A DNA stretch of 64,000 nt from an uncultured Candidatus Saccharibacteria bacterium (GTDB lineage: Bacteria > Patescibacteriota > Minisyncoccia > UBA6257 > 2-01-FULL-56-20). Numbering within the stretch: the first letter of the stretch is position 1; each line of letters starts with the position of its first letter. Under the pieces are notes generated by a model that was given only the letters and a program-made list of their open reading frames with translations, was not told where the DNA came from and did not search any database. Made by a program: the position numbers and the translations under genes. The stretch is taken from NCBI GenBank assembly GCA_964456235.1, contig CAYWDX010000001.1, positions 35,074-99,073 of the forward strand, read 5' to 3'. Shown piece after piece: positions 49,923 to 59,066 of the stretch.

Positions 49923-50228
49923 TTATGTGGTTGCTTGGCATTTCTTGCAGTAGCGGACCATTTTTTCGCCCTCCTTGCGGAAACCAACCCGCGTCGGGTT
50001 TTTGCAATTTCCGCAAACGAGCATCACGCGTGACGCCGGGATCGGGCGCGGGACGGACACGATCTGCCCCGTCTCGCCCTGCTTCTTCGGGCGCGAGCGC
50101 TTATTCACGGTGTTCAACCCTTCGATCACCACTTTTTCTTCAGCAGGCATCGACGTCAAAACTTTCCCGGTCTTCCCGCGATCCTTGCCCGCCAAAATTT
50201 TTACGATGTCCCCTTTGCGAATGTTCAT
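49923..50228 (-). CDS. rplX: 50S ribosomal protein L24
   Basis: KGDIVKILAGKDRGKTG KOW motif. Confidence 0.97.
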   Translation of the reverse strand: MNIRKGDIVKILAGKDRGKTGKVLTSMPAEEKVVIEGLNTVNKRSRPKKQGETGQIVSVPRPIPASRVMLVCGNCKNPTRVGFRKEGEKMVRYCKKCQATT

Positions 50229-50255
50229 GGTGGTAATTTCAGTGATAAAAGCTTC

Positions 50256-50624
50256 CTACACGATTTCTTCAGCCATCGTCATCAATTTTTCATACCCTTT
50301 CTCTTTTAATTCGCGCGGCAAAGGGCCGAAAATACGCGTCGCCGTCGGTTCTTTTTTCGCATCAATCAACACAACCGCGTTTTCATCAAAGCGCACGTAG
50401 GAACCGTCGCGGCGGCGGATCGCATTCTTCGTGCGGACGACGAGCACCTTCACCACGTCTTTTTTCTTCACCGCCTTGCGGGGTTCGGCCGTCTGGACCG
50501 AAGCGACGATGATGTCGCCCACGCCCGCATAGCGGTGGCGCGTGCCGCCGAGGATGCGGAAACAGCGCACGATCTTCGCGCCGCTGTTATCTGCCACTTT
50601 TAATATGGAGCGTTCTTGTATCAT
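50256..50624 (-). CDS. rplN: 50S ribosomal protein L14
   Basis: VADNSGAK, FDENAVV and RIFGP motifs. Confidence 0.98.
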   Translation of the reverse strand: MIQERSILKVADNSGAKIVRCFRILGGTRHRYAGVGDIIVASVQTAEPRKAVKKKDVVKVLVVRTKNAIRRRDGSYVRFDENAVVLIDAKKEPTATRIFGPLPRELKEKGYEKLMTMAEEIV

Positions 50625-50626
50625 GG

Positions 50627-50878
50627 TTATTTCTCAATCTTTGACACGATCTTCCAGCGCTTGTCGCGCGACATCGGACGCATTTCTTCGATCACGACTT
50701 TATCGCCCGTTTTGTATTCATTGTTTTCATCGTGCGCCTTGAAGCGCTGCGTCACGTGGTAATACTTGAGATATTTCGGGTGTTTCTTCAAGCGCGAAAC
50801 TGAAACCACGCGCGTCTTTTGCATTTTGTCAGACACGACTTCACCCGAAATCCGGCGCTTGTTATTTTTTGCTTCCAT
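50627..50878 (-). CDS. rpsQ: 30S ribosomal protein S17
   Basis: VVSDKMQKT, AHDE and RPMSRDKRW motifs. Confidence 0.97.
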   Translation of the reverse strand: MEAKNNKRRISGEVVSDKMQKTRVVSVSRLKKHPKYLKYYHVTQRFKAHDENNEYKTGDKVVIEEMRPMSRDKRWKIVSKIEK

Positions 50879-51065
50879 GCTCTTGCATAAACGTTTTCAT
50901 TCGCGCGACTTTCTTTTTCATTTCGCGAATCTCGGATATATCTTTCACTTTTCCCGCCGCGAGGTCAAACCGGAACGTGCGTAATTTTTCGTTTGCGTCT
51001 TTAATCATCGCCTGGAGTGCTTCCGCCGTTTGATGCTTTAAATCTTGGATGTCTTTCTTTTTCAT
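50862..51065 (-). CDS. rpmC: 50S ribosomal protein L29
   Basis: FRFDLAAG...IREMKKKVARMKT, in operon position. Confidence 0.93.
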   Translation of the reverse strand: MKKKDIQDLKHQTAEALQAMIKDANEKLRTFRFDLAAGKVKDISEIREMKKKVARMKTFMQEHGSKK

Positions 51066-51070
51066 GGCGA

Positions 51071-51481
51071 TTATTTCACAACGATTTTGGTTTTGACCGG
51101 CAATTTGAATGAAGCGAGGCGCAACGCTTCCCGCGCGGTCGCTTCAGGGACGCCGTCGATCTCGAACAGCATGCGCCCGGGACGGACTGGGAACACGTAG
51201 TGGTCCACGCTTCCCTTTCCGCCGCCCATCGTGGTTTCCGGCGGGCGGATCGTGACCGGCTTATCGGGGAACACGCGGATCCACAAGCGGCCGCTGCGCT
51301 TCAAGAAATTGGTAATCGTTTTGCGCGCCGCCTCGATCTGCCGGGAGTTCATCCATGACGCGCTCATCGCCTTCAAACCGTACTGCCCATACGAGAGCTC
51401 TAAACCGCGCGTCTCGACGAGGCGGCGGCGCGAGCGTCCCTTGTGCCATTTGCGATGTTTAACTTTTTTCGGGAGAAGCAT
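51071..51481 (-). CDS. rplP: 50S ribosomal protein L16
   Basis: QIEAAR, WIRVFPDKP and MGGGKG motifs. Confidence 0.98.
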   Translation of the reverse strand: MLLPKKVKHRKWHKGRSRRRLVETRGLELSYGQYGLKAMSASWMNSRQIEAARKTITNFLKRSGRLWIRVFPDKPVTIRPPETTMGGGKGSVDHYVFPVRPGRMLFEIDGVPEATAREALRLASFKLPVKTKIVVK

Positions 51482-51494
51482 GGGTGTAGTTCAA

Positions 51495-52220
51495 TTATTT
51501 TTCACGGCCGGCGGTTGCGGGGCGGCCCGGCGCTGCATGCGCGATAGGTGCCGCGCCCCTCCCTTTCTTGTCAAAAATTTCTCCTTTGTAGATCCACACG
51601 CGAATGCCGATCGTGCCATACGTCGTCTTTGCGGTTGCCTTCGCATAGTCAATATCGGCGCGCAAGGTTTGGAGCGGGAGCGAGCCGCGCGCGAGCCACT
51701 CGCGGCGCGCGATTTCATTGCCATCAAGACGCCCCGAGAGGAAAATCTTGACCCCTTTCGCTTCCTTATTCTGGGCGACCTGTTCTATATATTTCTTCAT
51801 CGTACGCCGGAATGGAAGGCGCTTCTCCAAATCCCACGCAATTTGCTGCGCGACATACGGCGCAGAAATTTCGGAGCGTTTTAACTCTTCGATATTCACG
51901 CTCAATGGAATTGGCTGCTTCGATTTGCGGACTTTGCGGATCGCGTTCGCAATCGCCTTGTTCAAGTCTTCCACCCCTTTGCCGCCGCGGCCAATGATGA
52001 GGCCCGGGCGGGCTGCGCGAATCAAAATGCGCAAGTTGCCCTGCGTGCGCTCGATCTCGACACCCGCGACGCCGGCGAGGCCGATCTTTTGCTTGATCAC
52101 GTTGCGGATCGCTTCGTCTTCTTCCAAAAACTTCGCGTACCCGCCCTTAAGGAACCAGCGGACCGGCCAGTTTTTGGTGACGCCCAAGCGGAATGAATTT
52201 GGATTAATTTTTTGTCCCAT
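51495..52220 (-). CDS. rpsC: 30S ribosomal protein S3
   Basis: MGQKINP, RPGLIIG and PLQTLRADIDY motifs. Confidence 0.98.
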   Translation of the reverse strand: MGQKINPNSFRLGVTKNWPVRWFLKGGYAKFLEEDEAIRNVIKQKIGLAGVAGVEIERTQGNLRILIRAARPGLIIGRGGKGVEDLNKAIANAIRKVRKSKQPIPLSVNIEELKRSEISAPYVAQQIAWDLEKRLPFRRTMKKYIEQVAQNKEAKGVKIFLSGRLDGNEIARREWLARGSLPLQTLRADIDYAKATAKTTYGTIGIRVWIYKGEIFDKKGRGAAPIAHAAPGRPATAGREK

Positions 52221-52222
52221 GG

Positions 52223-52756
52223 TTATTTCGAGGTGCGCGCTTTCGGATTAAACATGCGCTTCAGGAAGCCCGGCTTTTTCTCCGACTTTTTCTCGGCTTC
52301 GGGACGCATCGTTTCTTTGCCGCTCGACGCGCCTTTCGCTTTCGGGTGCTTGCGCTCCTCGCCGCGCGGAATTTTGGTTTTCTTCGGCGCAACGATTTGA
52401 TATTTCGGGGTGAGATTTTCGTTTACGCCAAGAACGAGCGTCACGTTGCTCATTTTCTTTTGGATCGGCGATGCCGAACCGCGGGCGCGCGGCAACATCC
52501 GCTTCAACATCGGTCCCCCGTCCACCCGGAATGACGCGATAAAAAGATGGTTGGGGTTCAAACGCTGGTTGTTCTTAGCATTCGCCACCGCCGAGCGCAA
52601 GAGTTTTAAAAGCGCTTTTGCCGGGCGGCGCGGCTGCACGAGGAGCTGCGCTTCCGCGTCATTCACCGAAAGCCCTTTTACGAGATCGGCAACGCTGCGC
52701 ACTTTGCGGGGCGCGATCCTTAAGTAATTCAGTTTTGCGATTTGCGTCGTTGCCAT
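52223..52756 (-). CDS. rplV: 50S ribosomal protein L22 with a basic C-terminal extension
   Basis: RIAPRKVR, SAVANA and PRARG motifs. Confidence 0.97.
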   Translation of the reverse strand: MATTQIAKLNYLRIAPRKVRSVADLVKGLSVNDAEAQLLVQPRRPAKALLKLLRSAVANAKNNQRLNPNHLFIASFRVDGGPMLKRMLPRARGSASPIQKKMSNVTLVLGVNENLTPKYQIVAPKKTKIPRGEERKHPKAKGASSGKETMRPEAEKKSEKKPGFLKRMFNPKARTSK

Positions 52757-52772
52757 GGTTGTGTATAGGGCG

Positions 52773-53114
52773 CTATTTCGCTGCAGGCGCGGCCTTTGCG
52801 GCGGCGGCCTGCGAACGCTCCGTTTCGGCGGCCTTTATTTCAAGTTCTTTCTGGATCTTGCCGCCGTGCTTCACGAATTTACGCGTCGGTGAAAATTCTC
52901 CGAGGCGGTGGCCCACCATTTCTTCAGACACGCGCACTTCTACAAAGGCGCGGCCGTTGTGCACGCCGAACGTATAACCCACCATTTCGGGTGCGATTTC
53001 GGATGCGCGCGACCACGTTTTAATGACGCCCGCCGCTTCGGGCTTGCCAAGTTTAGCCATCTTCGCAAGAAGGCGCTGGTCAACGTACGGTCCTTTTTTG
53101 AGTGATCGAGACAT
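52773..53114 (-). CDS. rpsS: 30S ribosomal protein S19
   Basis: RSLKKGP, HNG and [11 protein letters not shown] motifs. Confidence 0.98.
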   Translation of the reverse strand: MSRSLKKGPYVDQRLLAKMAKLGKPEAAGVIKTWSRASEIAPEMVGYTFGVHNGRAFVEVRVSEEMVGHRLGEFSPTRKFVKHGGKIQKELEIKAAETERSQAAAAKAAPAAK

Positions 53115-53144
53115 GTTAATGAAAATTTAATATGGCGATGTTTT

Positions 53145-53981
53145 TTATTTTTTCTTGCGCGGGGGCCGGCGCGACAAAATAAACTTGCCGGATTTTTTCT
53201 TGCGGTTGCGCGTCTTGTGCCCACCCGTCACCTTGCCCCACAGCGTCTTCGGCTTGCGGGTGCCGCGCGGCTGGCTGCCTTCGCCGCCACCATACGGGTG
53301 GTCAACCGGGTTCATCGCCTTGCCGCGAACCGTCGGCCGGATGCCGAGCCAGCGCGAGCGGCCAGCTTTTCCGATCGAAACCAAACTCCATTCGGCGTTT
53401 GAGACCTGGCCGAGCGAAGCGAGGCCAGACCAAAGTACGCGACGGATTTCGCCCGATGACAATTTAAGATCCGTGTACCCGTCCGCGTTCGCCAAAATTT
53501 CCGCGTATGATCCCGCTGACCGCGCCAGCTGCCCACCGCGGCCCGGCGTCATTTCAATATTGTGGACCTGGTAGCCGACCGGAATATTTTTGAGCATCAT
53601 GCGGTTGCCCATTTTGAGCGGCGCGGATTCTGCGGTGAACAATTCCGTTCCGACCGCGAGGCCTTCCGGCGCCAAAATATAGGAGCGGCTGCCGTCGGCC
53701 TGCTTCATGCGCGCGATGAACGCCGTGCGATACGGGTCATATTCGAGCGTCTCCACCATCGCCTTCGTGTTCAAGCGGTTCTGTTTAAAATCCACCATGC
53801 GATACATCTTTTTATTGCCGCCGCCCTGGTGGCGCGTCGTGATCCGGCCCTGCGCGTTGCGGCCGGCGTTATCTTGCAGGCGCACCAAAAGCGGCTTCCA
53901 CGGGCGAACGTCGGAAAGCTTGCGATAGTCGGGGGCGGTCATGGAACGCCGCGAGGCGCTTGTGGGTTTATAGATTTTCAT
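53145..53981 (-). CDS. rplB: 50S ribosomal protein L2
   Basis: GRNAQGRIT, EYDP and MNPVDHPYGGGEG motifs. Confidence 0.99.
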   Translation of the reverse strand: MKIYKPTSASRRSMTAPDYRKLSDVRPWKPLLVRLQDNAGRNAQGRITTRHQGGGNKKMYRMVDFKQNRLNTKAMVETLEYDPYRTAFIARMKQADGSRSYILAPEGLAVGTELFTAESAPLKMGNRMMLKNIPVGYQVHNIEMTPGRGGQLARSAGSYAEILANADGYTDLKLSSGEIRRVLWSGLASLGQVSNAEWSLVSIGKAGRSRWLGIRPTVRGKAMNPVDHPYGGGEGSQPRGTRKPKTLWGKVTGGHKTRNRKKKSGKFILSRRPPRKKK

Positions 53982-54259
53982 TATTGGAGATCAATTTTTT
54001 GGCCGGTTTTCAGCGTGACAATCGCCTTGCGGTATCCTTGCTGCCGCCCTTTCATCGTCGAACCAAAACGTTTTTTCTTTGGCGGACGGTTCACGATCTG
54101 TACCTGGACCGGATCAACCTTGTACGCTTCCTTCACCGCTTTTTTGATTTCTGGTTTCGTCGCTTTGTGTTTCACGATAAAAACGTACTTGCCGAGCTCC
54201 GAGAGGCGCGCGGATTTTTCAGTGACCCAGGGCTTCTTGATGATGAAGAGGTCGGCCAT
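53981..54259 (-). CDS. rplW: 50S ribosomal protein L23
   Basis: PWVTEKS and KAIVTL motifs. Confidence 0.96.
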   Translation of the reverse strand: MADLFIIKKPWVTEKSARLSELGKYVFIVKHKATKPEIKKAVKEAYKVDPVQVQIVNRPPKKKRFGSTMKGRQQGYRKAIVTLKTGQKIDLQ

Positions 54260-54261
54260 GG

Positions 54262-54906
54262 CTATACGGTGTAGTGCTTTGCGATAACCTCTGCCGCCGA
54301 CTTTTCGATCAGTAAATTCTTGTGGTTCAAAATGTCTTGCAGATTGAGCGAGGTCGCGGTGAGCGTTTTTGCCTTTTGCAAATTTGCGGACGCGCGCTCA
54401 AGATTGCGGCTCGTCCCCGCGGGAATGAGGAGCGCGTCAAATCGCTTCGCTCCCTTCTTCATGTTCAAGATTTGATTGAGCGCCGACGCGAGAATTTTTG
54501 TTTTCGGTGCTTCAACCGTAAGATTTTCGAAAAATTTAATCTCGCCGTCTTTCGCCTTGCGCGAAAGCGCAGAGAAAATCGCGATGCGCTTCATTTTTTT
54601 ATTCACCTTTTGCGAATAGTCGCGCTCGTTCGTCGGCCCGTGCGCCTTACCACCACCGACCCACAGGGGCGAGCGGATGGATCCGTGGCGCGCGCGGCCC
54701 GTCCCCTTTTGCCGCCAGGGCTTTTTACCGCCGCCGCGCACTTCGCCGCGACCTTTTGCGTGCGCCCACGGGTGGCGCTCATTCGCGAGTTCAGCCAAAA
54801 GCACTTGCTTCACGAGCGTCGGTTTCCACGGCGCGCCAAACACCTTCTCCGGGAGTTCCATCGTGCCCACTTTTTCATTCTTCAAATTATAGAGGTCGGC
54901 GTTCAT
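54262..54906 (-). CDS. rplD: 50S ribosomal protein L4
   Basis: [19 protein letters not shown] motif. Confidence 0.98.
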   Translation of the reverse strand: MNADLYNLKNEKVGTMELPEKVFGAPWKPTLVKQVLLAELANERHPWAHAKGRGEVRGGGKKPWRQKGTGRARHGSIRSPLWVGGGKAHGPTNERDYSQKVNKKMKRIAIFSALSRKAKDGEIKFFENLTVEAPKTKILASALNQILNMKKGAKRFDALLIPAGTSRNLERASANLQKAKTLTATSLNLQDILNHKNLLIEKSAAEVIAKHYTV

Positions 54907-54916
54907 GGCAAAAATA

Positions 54917-55474
54917 TTAATTGCGGATCTCGAGGAGGCCGCCGCGCGCGCCCGGAACCGCGCCGCGCAAGAGAATCAGATTTTTTTCTTTATCAATGCC
55001 CGCGACGACGAGGTTTTTCACCGTCACGCGATCCGTGCCCATGTGTCCCGCCATCCGGCGTCCGGGTACCACGCGCTGGAATGCGGTGGAACCAATCGAG
55101 CCGGGCGCGCGGAAGCGATTTTTTTGGCCGTGCGTTTTTGGCCCGCCGCCAAAACCGTGGCGCTTCACGACGCCTTGGAAACCGCGGCCCTTCGTGATGC
55201 CGCTCACCCGGACTCTTTCGCCTTCTTTAAAAGATTCCACGGTCACTTCGTCGCCGGCTTTGAATTGTGCGACGTCGATCGGATGCCACTCGCGATTGCG
55301 AAATTCCCGCTTCGCTTTGCCGAGCATCACCTGCACGGCTTCGTATCCTTCCTTTTCCTTGCTGCGCAAAAGTCCCACCTTATTCGGCTGGGCTTCAACG
55401 ACCGTGACGGGCACCACTTTGCCCTCGTTCCACATCTGGGTCATTTTCACTTTTTTACCCAAGATAAACGCCAT
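54917..55474 (-). CDS. rplC: 50S ribosomal protein L3
   Basis: GKKVKMTQ, KGRGFQG, RAPGSIG and GAVPG motifs. Confidence 0.98.
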   Translation of the reverse strand: MAFILGKKVKMTQMWNEGKVVPVTVVEAQPNKVGLLRSKEKEGYEAVQVMLGKAKREFRNREWHPIDVAQFKAGDEVTVESFKEGERVRVSGITKGRGFQGVVKRHGFGGGPKTHGQKNRFRAPGSIGSTAFQRVVPGRRMAGHMGTDRVTVKNLVVAGIDKEKNLILLRGAVPGARGGLLEIRN

Positions 55475-55477
55475 GGT

Positions 55478-55653
55478 AAAAATAAAAATTCCGGCATTCA
55501 CCGGAAGTTCACGCACCGCCACCGATACCCCATCATTACATGGGATTTTTACTTAAGATAAACGCTCCTCGTCCTCCTAAGCGGGTAGTGATTTGCATGA
55601 AACTTCCGAGAAACCTTGTGCAGAGTCTATCAAATTTTGCGGTTAACTGTCAA
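55478..55653 (-). promoter_or_regulatory. Dedicated rplC promoter and ~140-nt leader with a terminator-like hairpin (candidate attenuator)
   Basis: TTGACA-N18-TAGACT, then TTCCGG-TGAATG-CCGGAA-TTTTTATTTTT ending 3 nt before the rplC ATG. Confidence 0.6.
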
Positions 55654-55749
55654 TTATGGTATATTGAGGGGAGCACTCAGGTAGTCTTGTGGAGCACGCG
55701 AAGGTCCCCCCCACCCGAAGCCGCGGCGCAAGTCGCGGCTTTTCCTTTT
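55637..55749 (+). ncRNA. Candidate ~80-nt sRNA divergent from the rplC leader
   Basis: TTGCGG-N17-TATATT with TGn, and AAGCCGCGGC-GCAA-GTCGCGGCTT-TTCCTTTT. No ORF. Confidence 0.45.
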
Positions 55750-55831
55750 ATTAAAAATTTATTAAGAAAATGTTGACTTTGTGATGAGTGCGTGCTAATG
55801 TATGGGCAGTAAGTACCTTAGGGGGTGGAGC

Positions 55832-56116
55832 ATGAAAGCGCGCCGTCGACGCTTCTTCGCTTGGGCCATGGTGGCAGTAGCTGCAATCTTCGCGAGCTTC
55901 GTGATACCGTTCGTCCTCCTGAAGTTCCGCGTCCCGGCGGACAACGGGGTGATCTGGACAACGGTCAACGGATTGAGCGCCGTGAGTATCCTTGCGGGCG
56001 TGTGCATCCTTTATCGGATCGCCGTCGAAAGGGAGACCCTGAATCTCATGGAGTCCCAGCTGGCCGATCGGTACAATCGGCGGCGCGAGGTCCACAACGC
56101 CTGGCTCTTTGGTTAG
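55832..56116 (+). CDS. Orphan 94-aa two-TM membrane protein (cassette inside the S10 cluster)
   Basis: TTGACT-N17-TAATGT at 55773-55801, AGGGGGTGGAG before the ATG, a basic N-terminus and two hydrophobic helices. Confidence 0.65.
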   Translation: MKARRRRFFAWAMVAVAAIFASFVIPFVLLKFRVPADNGVIWTTVNGLSAVSILAGVCILYRIAVERETLNLMESQLADRYNRRREVHNAWLFG

Positions 56117-56131
56117 TAAACCCAACAACCA

Positions 56132-56165
56132 AAAGCCGCAGCGCAAGCTGCGGCTTTTTCTTTTT
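56132..56165. terminator. Bidirectional intrinsic terminator
   Basis: AAAAGCCGCAGC-GCAA-GCTGCGGCTTTTT. Confidence 0.85.
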
Positions 56166-56173
56166 CTGCCAAG

Positions 56174-56320
56174 GGTCATAGAAAAGTCTTTCGAGGGGGC
56201 TCTCGGAGGCGCTCGCAGCTTGGTCTTTCGCGAAGCGGAAGTGCGAGCGCTGAGAGAGCAGGGTGGCTCGTGCCGCTGGAGCACGAGAACACCCGTACCC
56301 GAGAAAGACTTTTCTAGACC
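56174..56320. repeat. ~145-nt fold-back element with 14-bp terminal inverted repeats and two internal hairpins
   Basis: TAGAAAAGTCTTTC (56179-56192) pairs with GAAAGACTTTTCTA (56303-56316). Internal GCGCTCGCA/TGCGAGCGC and CTCGTGC/GCACGAG. Confidence 0.75.
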
Positions 56321-56643
56321 ATCTTCACCTCCACGTCGACACCGGCGGGAAGATTCAAGTTTGAAAGTGATTCGATGATCTTCTGGCTCGGATTCATGAT
56401 CTCCACGAGGCGTTTGTGCACGCGGAGTTCGAACTGCTCGCGCGAATCCTTATGGACGAATGTCGAGCGGTTCACGGTGTAGTGCTTGATTTCGGTCGGC
56501 AACGGAATCGGGCCCACCACTTTAGCATCGTTGCGCTCGGCGGCTTCAATGATTTGGCGCGCCGAGGTATCGATCAATTTGTGATCGTAGGATTTGATTC
56601 GCAAACGGACTTTCTGGAGAACTTCCGATTCCTTTTTTGCCAT
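56314..56643 (-). CDS. rpsJ: 30S ribosomal protein S10
   Basis: GPIPLPT and HKDSREQFE...HKRL motifs. Confidence 0.98.
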   Translation of the reverse strand: MAKKESEVLQKVRLRIKSYDHKLIDTSARQIIEAAERNDAKVVGPIPLPTEIKHYTVNRSTFVHKDSREQFELRVHKRLVEIMNPSQKIIESLSNLNLPAGVDVEVKMV

Positions 56644-56644
56644 A

Positions 56645-57844
56645 TTACTTGACGATCTTCGTTACAACGCCGGCGCCTACGGTTTTGCCACCCTCGCGGA
56701 TAGCGAAGCGCTGCTTCTCTTCGAGCGCCACGGGACTGATGAGCTTCACGGTAAGCTTCACCGTGTCGCCCGGCATGACCATTTCCATGCCATCCGGCAA
56801 GGTCACTTCGCCCGTCACATCCGTCGTACGGATGTAGAACTGCGGCTTGTAACCCTTGAAGAACGGCGAGTGACGGCCACCTTCCTCTTTCGAGAGCACG
56901 TAGACTTCGGTTTCGAATTCCGAGTGCGGCGTTACCGTTCCCGGTTTCGCGATCACCTGACCGCGCTCAACGTCTTCCTTCTTCAAGCCGCGGAGCAAGG
57001 CGCCAACGTTGTCGCCGGCCATACCTTCATCCAACAGCTTGTTGAACATTTCAATACCGGTGATGACGGTCTTCACCGTCGGGCGGAGACCAACGATCTC
57101 AACTTCCTCGTTCACCTTCACCTTGCCACGTTCCACGCGGCCCGTAACGACGGTACCGCGGCCTTCGATCGAGAAGATATCTTCGATCGGCATAAGGAAC
57201 GGCTTGTCGAGTTCGCGCGTCGGCGTCGGGAAATATTCATCCATCGCCGCAACGAGGTCCAAGATCGGTTTTGCGTCGGCGTCGTCACCGGAAGCCGCGT
57301 TCAATGCCTTCAAGGCCGAGCCGCGGATCACCGGCGCTTTGTCGCCGTCGAACTGATATTTCTTCAAGAGCTCGCGGACTTCAGATTCCACGAGGTCGAT
57401 GAGTTCTGGATCATCCACTTGGTCGCACTTGTTCAAGAACACAATAATGTTCGGGACGCCTACCTGGTGCGCAAGCAAGATGTGCTCCCGCGTCTGCGGC
57501 ATCGGACCATCCGTGGCCGCAACGACGAGGATCGCGCCGTCCATCTGGGCGGCACCCGTGATCATGTTTTTGATGTAGTCAGCGTGGCCCGGAGCGTCGA
57601 TGTGCGCATAGTGGCGCTTCGCCGACTCGTATTCCGAGTGGTGAAGGGCGATCGTGATGCCACGCGCCTTTTCTTCCGGAGCGTTGTCGATCTGGTCAAC
57701 TGCTTCCTCTTTTTTTGCCAAACCCTTTTTGAACAACACGTGCGTGATCGCGGCGGTCAGGGTCGTCTTGCCGTGATCCACGTGGCCGATCGTACCCACG
57801 TTCAAGTGGGGCTTTGATCGATCAAATTTTTCCTTTTCTGCCAT
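56645..57844 (-). CDS. tuf: Elongation factor Tu
   Basis: [22 protein letters not shown] and NKCD motifs. Confidence 0.99.
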   Translation of the reverse strand: MAEKEKFDRSKPHLNVGTIGHVDHGKTTLTAAITHVLFKKGLAKKEEAVDQIDNAPEEKARGITIALHHSEYESAKRHYAHIDAPGHADYIKNMITGAAQMDGAILVVAATDGPMPQTREHILLAHQVGVPNIIVFLNKCDQVDDPELIDLVESEVRELLKKYQFDGDKAPVIRGSALKALNAASGDDADAKPILDLVAAMDEYFPTPTRELDKPFLMPIEDIFSIEGRGTVVTGRVERGKVKVNEEVEIVGLRPTVKTVITGIEMFNKLLDEGMAGDNVGALLRGLKKEDVERGQVIAKPGTVTPHSEFETEVYVLSKEEGGRHSPFFKGYKPQFYIRTTDVTGEVTLPDGMEMVMPGDTVKLTVKLISPVALEEKQRFAIREGGKTVGAGVVTKIVK

Positions 57845-57895
57845 TTGTTTTTTAGAATTTTTTAATGTTTATTTAACAATCATGACAATCGATCG

Positions 57896-58052
57896 AACAA
57901 ACAGAAGATGAGGCAAAGCCCCATCTCGTGCGGGTTGCTAGGCCGCTCTTTTCACTTTCCTATCAACCAGGAGATTAGCCAATCGACCCGAAAGTTCCCC
58001 TCGATGCAGGAAGTACCAAGGCATTCTATGGCAGAACTCCGGTTTTTGTCAA
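57896..58052 (-). promoter_or_regulatory. tuf promoter and structured leader (or short RNA)
   Basis: TTGACA-N18-TAGAAT, and hairpin AGATGGGGC-TTT-GCCTCATCT followed by TCTGTTTGTT. Confidence 0.5.
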
Positions 58053-58071
58053 ATATTTGCCGAAGAAATAC

Positions 58072-58094
58072 GCCCGCCGCGAAACGCGGCGGGC
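58072..58094 (-). terminator. Terminator of the 58114-58953 cassette
   Basis: GCCCGCCGC-N5-GCGGCGGGC followed by GTATTTCTT. Confidence 0.7.
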
Positions 58095-58113
58095 ATGGAT
58101 GCACTTCTCACAC

Positions 58114-58953
58114 TTACTGGCCCGAATTCCAACGCGGATTTCTTGGGTACCGGTGCTTCAGGTAGCGCTCGATTTCAAGGATGGGATGGTCCGCTTCGAA
58201 GCCGGATTGGTCTTTCGCAGCCCGGCGCCTCCGTTCCGCGTCGAGGATGAAAATGTAAATGTCATCCACGAACGGCGACGAGTTGCCGTGCAGCGCATCT
58301 TCGATGACCTCCACGGCGTGCGATCGGTCGCGGGGAATCCTCGCAAGGAGGACTCCCATCTTCCGAAACCCTCCCTGCTCGCTCGCTTTGTATTCATAGA
58401 GGCCGAGGAGGAATTTCGCCTGCTTGGACTTTGAGTGTGCCGCGACGTCGAGGAACGCCCGGTGATCTTTTTCGATCGCCTGCTTCGCCGAGAACCATCC
58501 TTCATTTTCGCCACGGAGGGTCATCCGCAGGGAATAGAAGCCGGTGGCAAGGTATTCGCAGTCGATCGTGTCCCCTGCAATCGCGCGGATCGTATCGCGA
58601 CTTGCTTCGGTGCACCCACGCGCTTCGTATTCGGCGATAGCCTCATCGAGCGCTCGGATTTCCAAAGCGTACTCCTCTTGCGGCAGCTCGCCCCGCTCCT
58701 TTCGGCGTTCGGAAAAGCGGTCGTACGCGAGACGCAGCCCGACGAGCATGTCTCCAGGGTGCGCCTGTACATATTCGAGAAATCTTTTCTGCGCCTCTCC
58801 ATGTTCGCCGTTATAGGAGAGGGTGATCGCATCTCGAAGCGTCAAGACGTCCTTGGCGTGATCATGCTTCGGCTTGGAATCGTCGACGGCAGCGGCGAAT
58901 CCAAGCGTGCTTGACGAGCAAATCAAAAACAAGAACAGCACGCGAGCTTTCAT
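58114..58953 (-). CDS. Orphan secreted helical (TPR-like) protein between fusA and tuf (SD-led cassette)
   Basis: Signal peptide, FLLGLYEY...RYPRNP helical-repeat pattern, AAAGGAG 5 nt before the ATG, and TTGATT-N17-TATAAC. Confidence 0.75.
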   Translation of the reverse strand: MKARVLFLFLICSSSTLGFAAAVDDSKPKHDHAKDVLTLRDAITLSYNGEHGEAQKRFLEYVQAHPGDMLVGLRLAYDRFSERRKERGELPQEEYALEIRALDEAIAEYEARGCTEASRDTIRAIAGDTIDCEYLATGFYSLRMTLRGENEGWFSAKQAIEKDHRAFLDVAAHSKSKQAKFLLGLYEYKASEQGGFRKMGVLLARIPRDRSHAVEVIEDALHGNSSPFVDDIYIFILDAERRRRAAKDQSGFEADHPILEIERYLKHRYPRNPRWNSGQ

Positions 58954-59066
58954 CGCCGCTCCTTTATGTATTGAGTTATCCCTGTGAATTACTGTTCACA
59001 GTTATATCATATTTTGCAGAAAAAATCAATCACGCGCTAGAGATCCCTCGCGCAGCATGCTCGAAA

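Noticed and set aside
55666-55716. SRP (4.5S) RNA, suggested by TCAGG...AGCA
   Set aside because: The intervening segment does not form the 3-bp stem with GNRA tetraloop of helix 8. Kept only as an unclassified sRNA candidate.
55751-56284. 177-aa minus-strand ORF between rpsJ and rplC
   Set aside because: It crosses a terminator and the fold-back element. The + strand 94-aa ORF has the promoter, RBS and terminator support.
56594-57817. Long antisense ORFs, such as 407 aa opposite tuf and others opposite dnaK, fusA and the atp genes
   Set aside because: They are shadow frames of highly conserved genes with biased codon use, and have no domains or expression signals.
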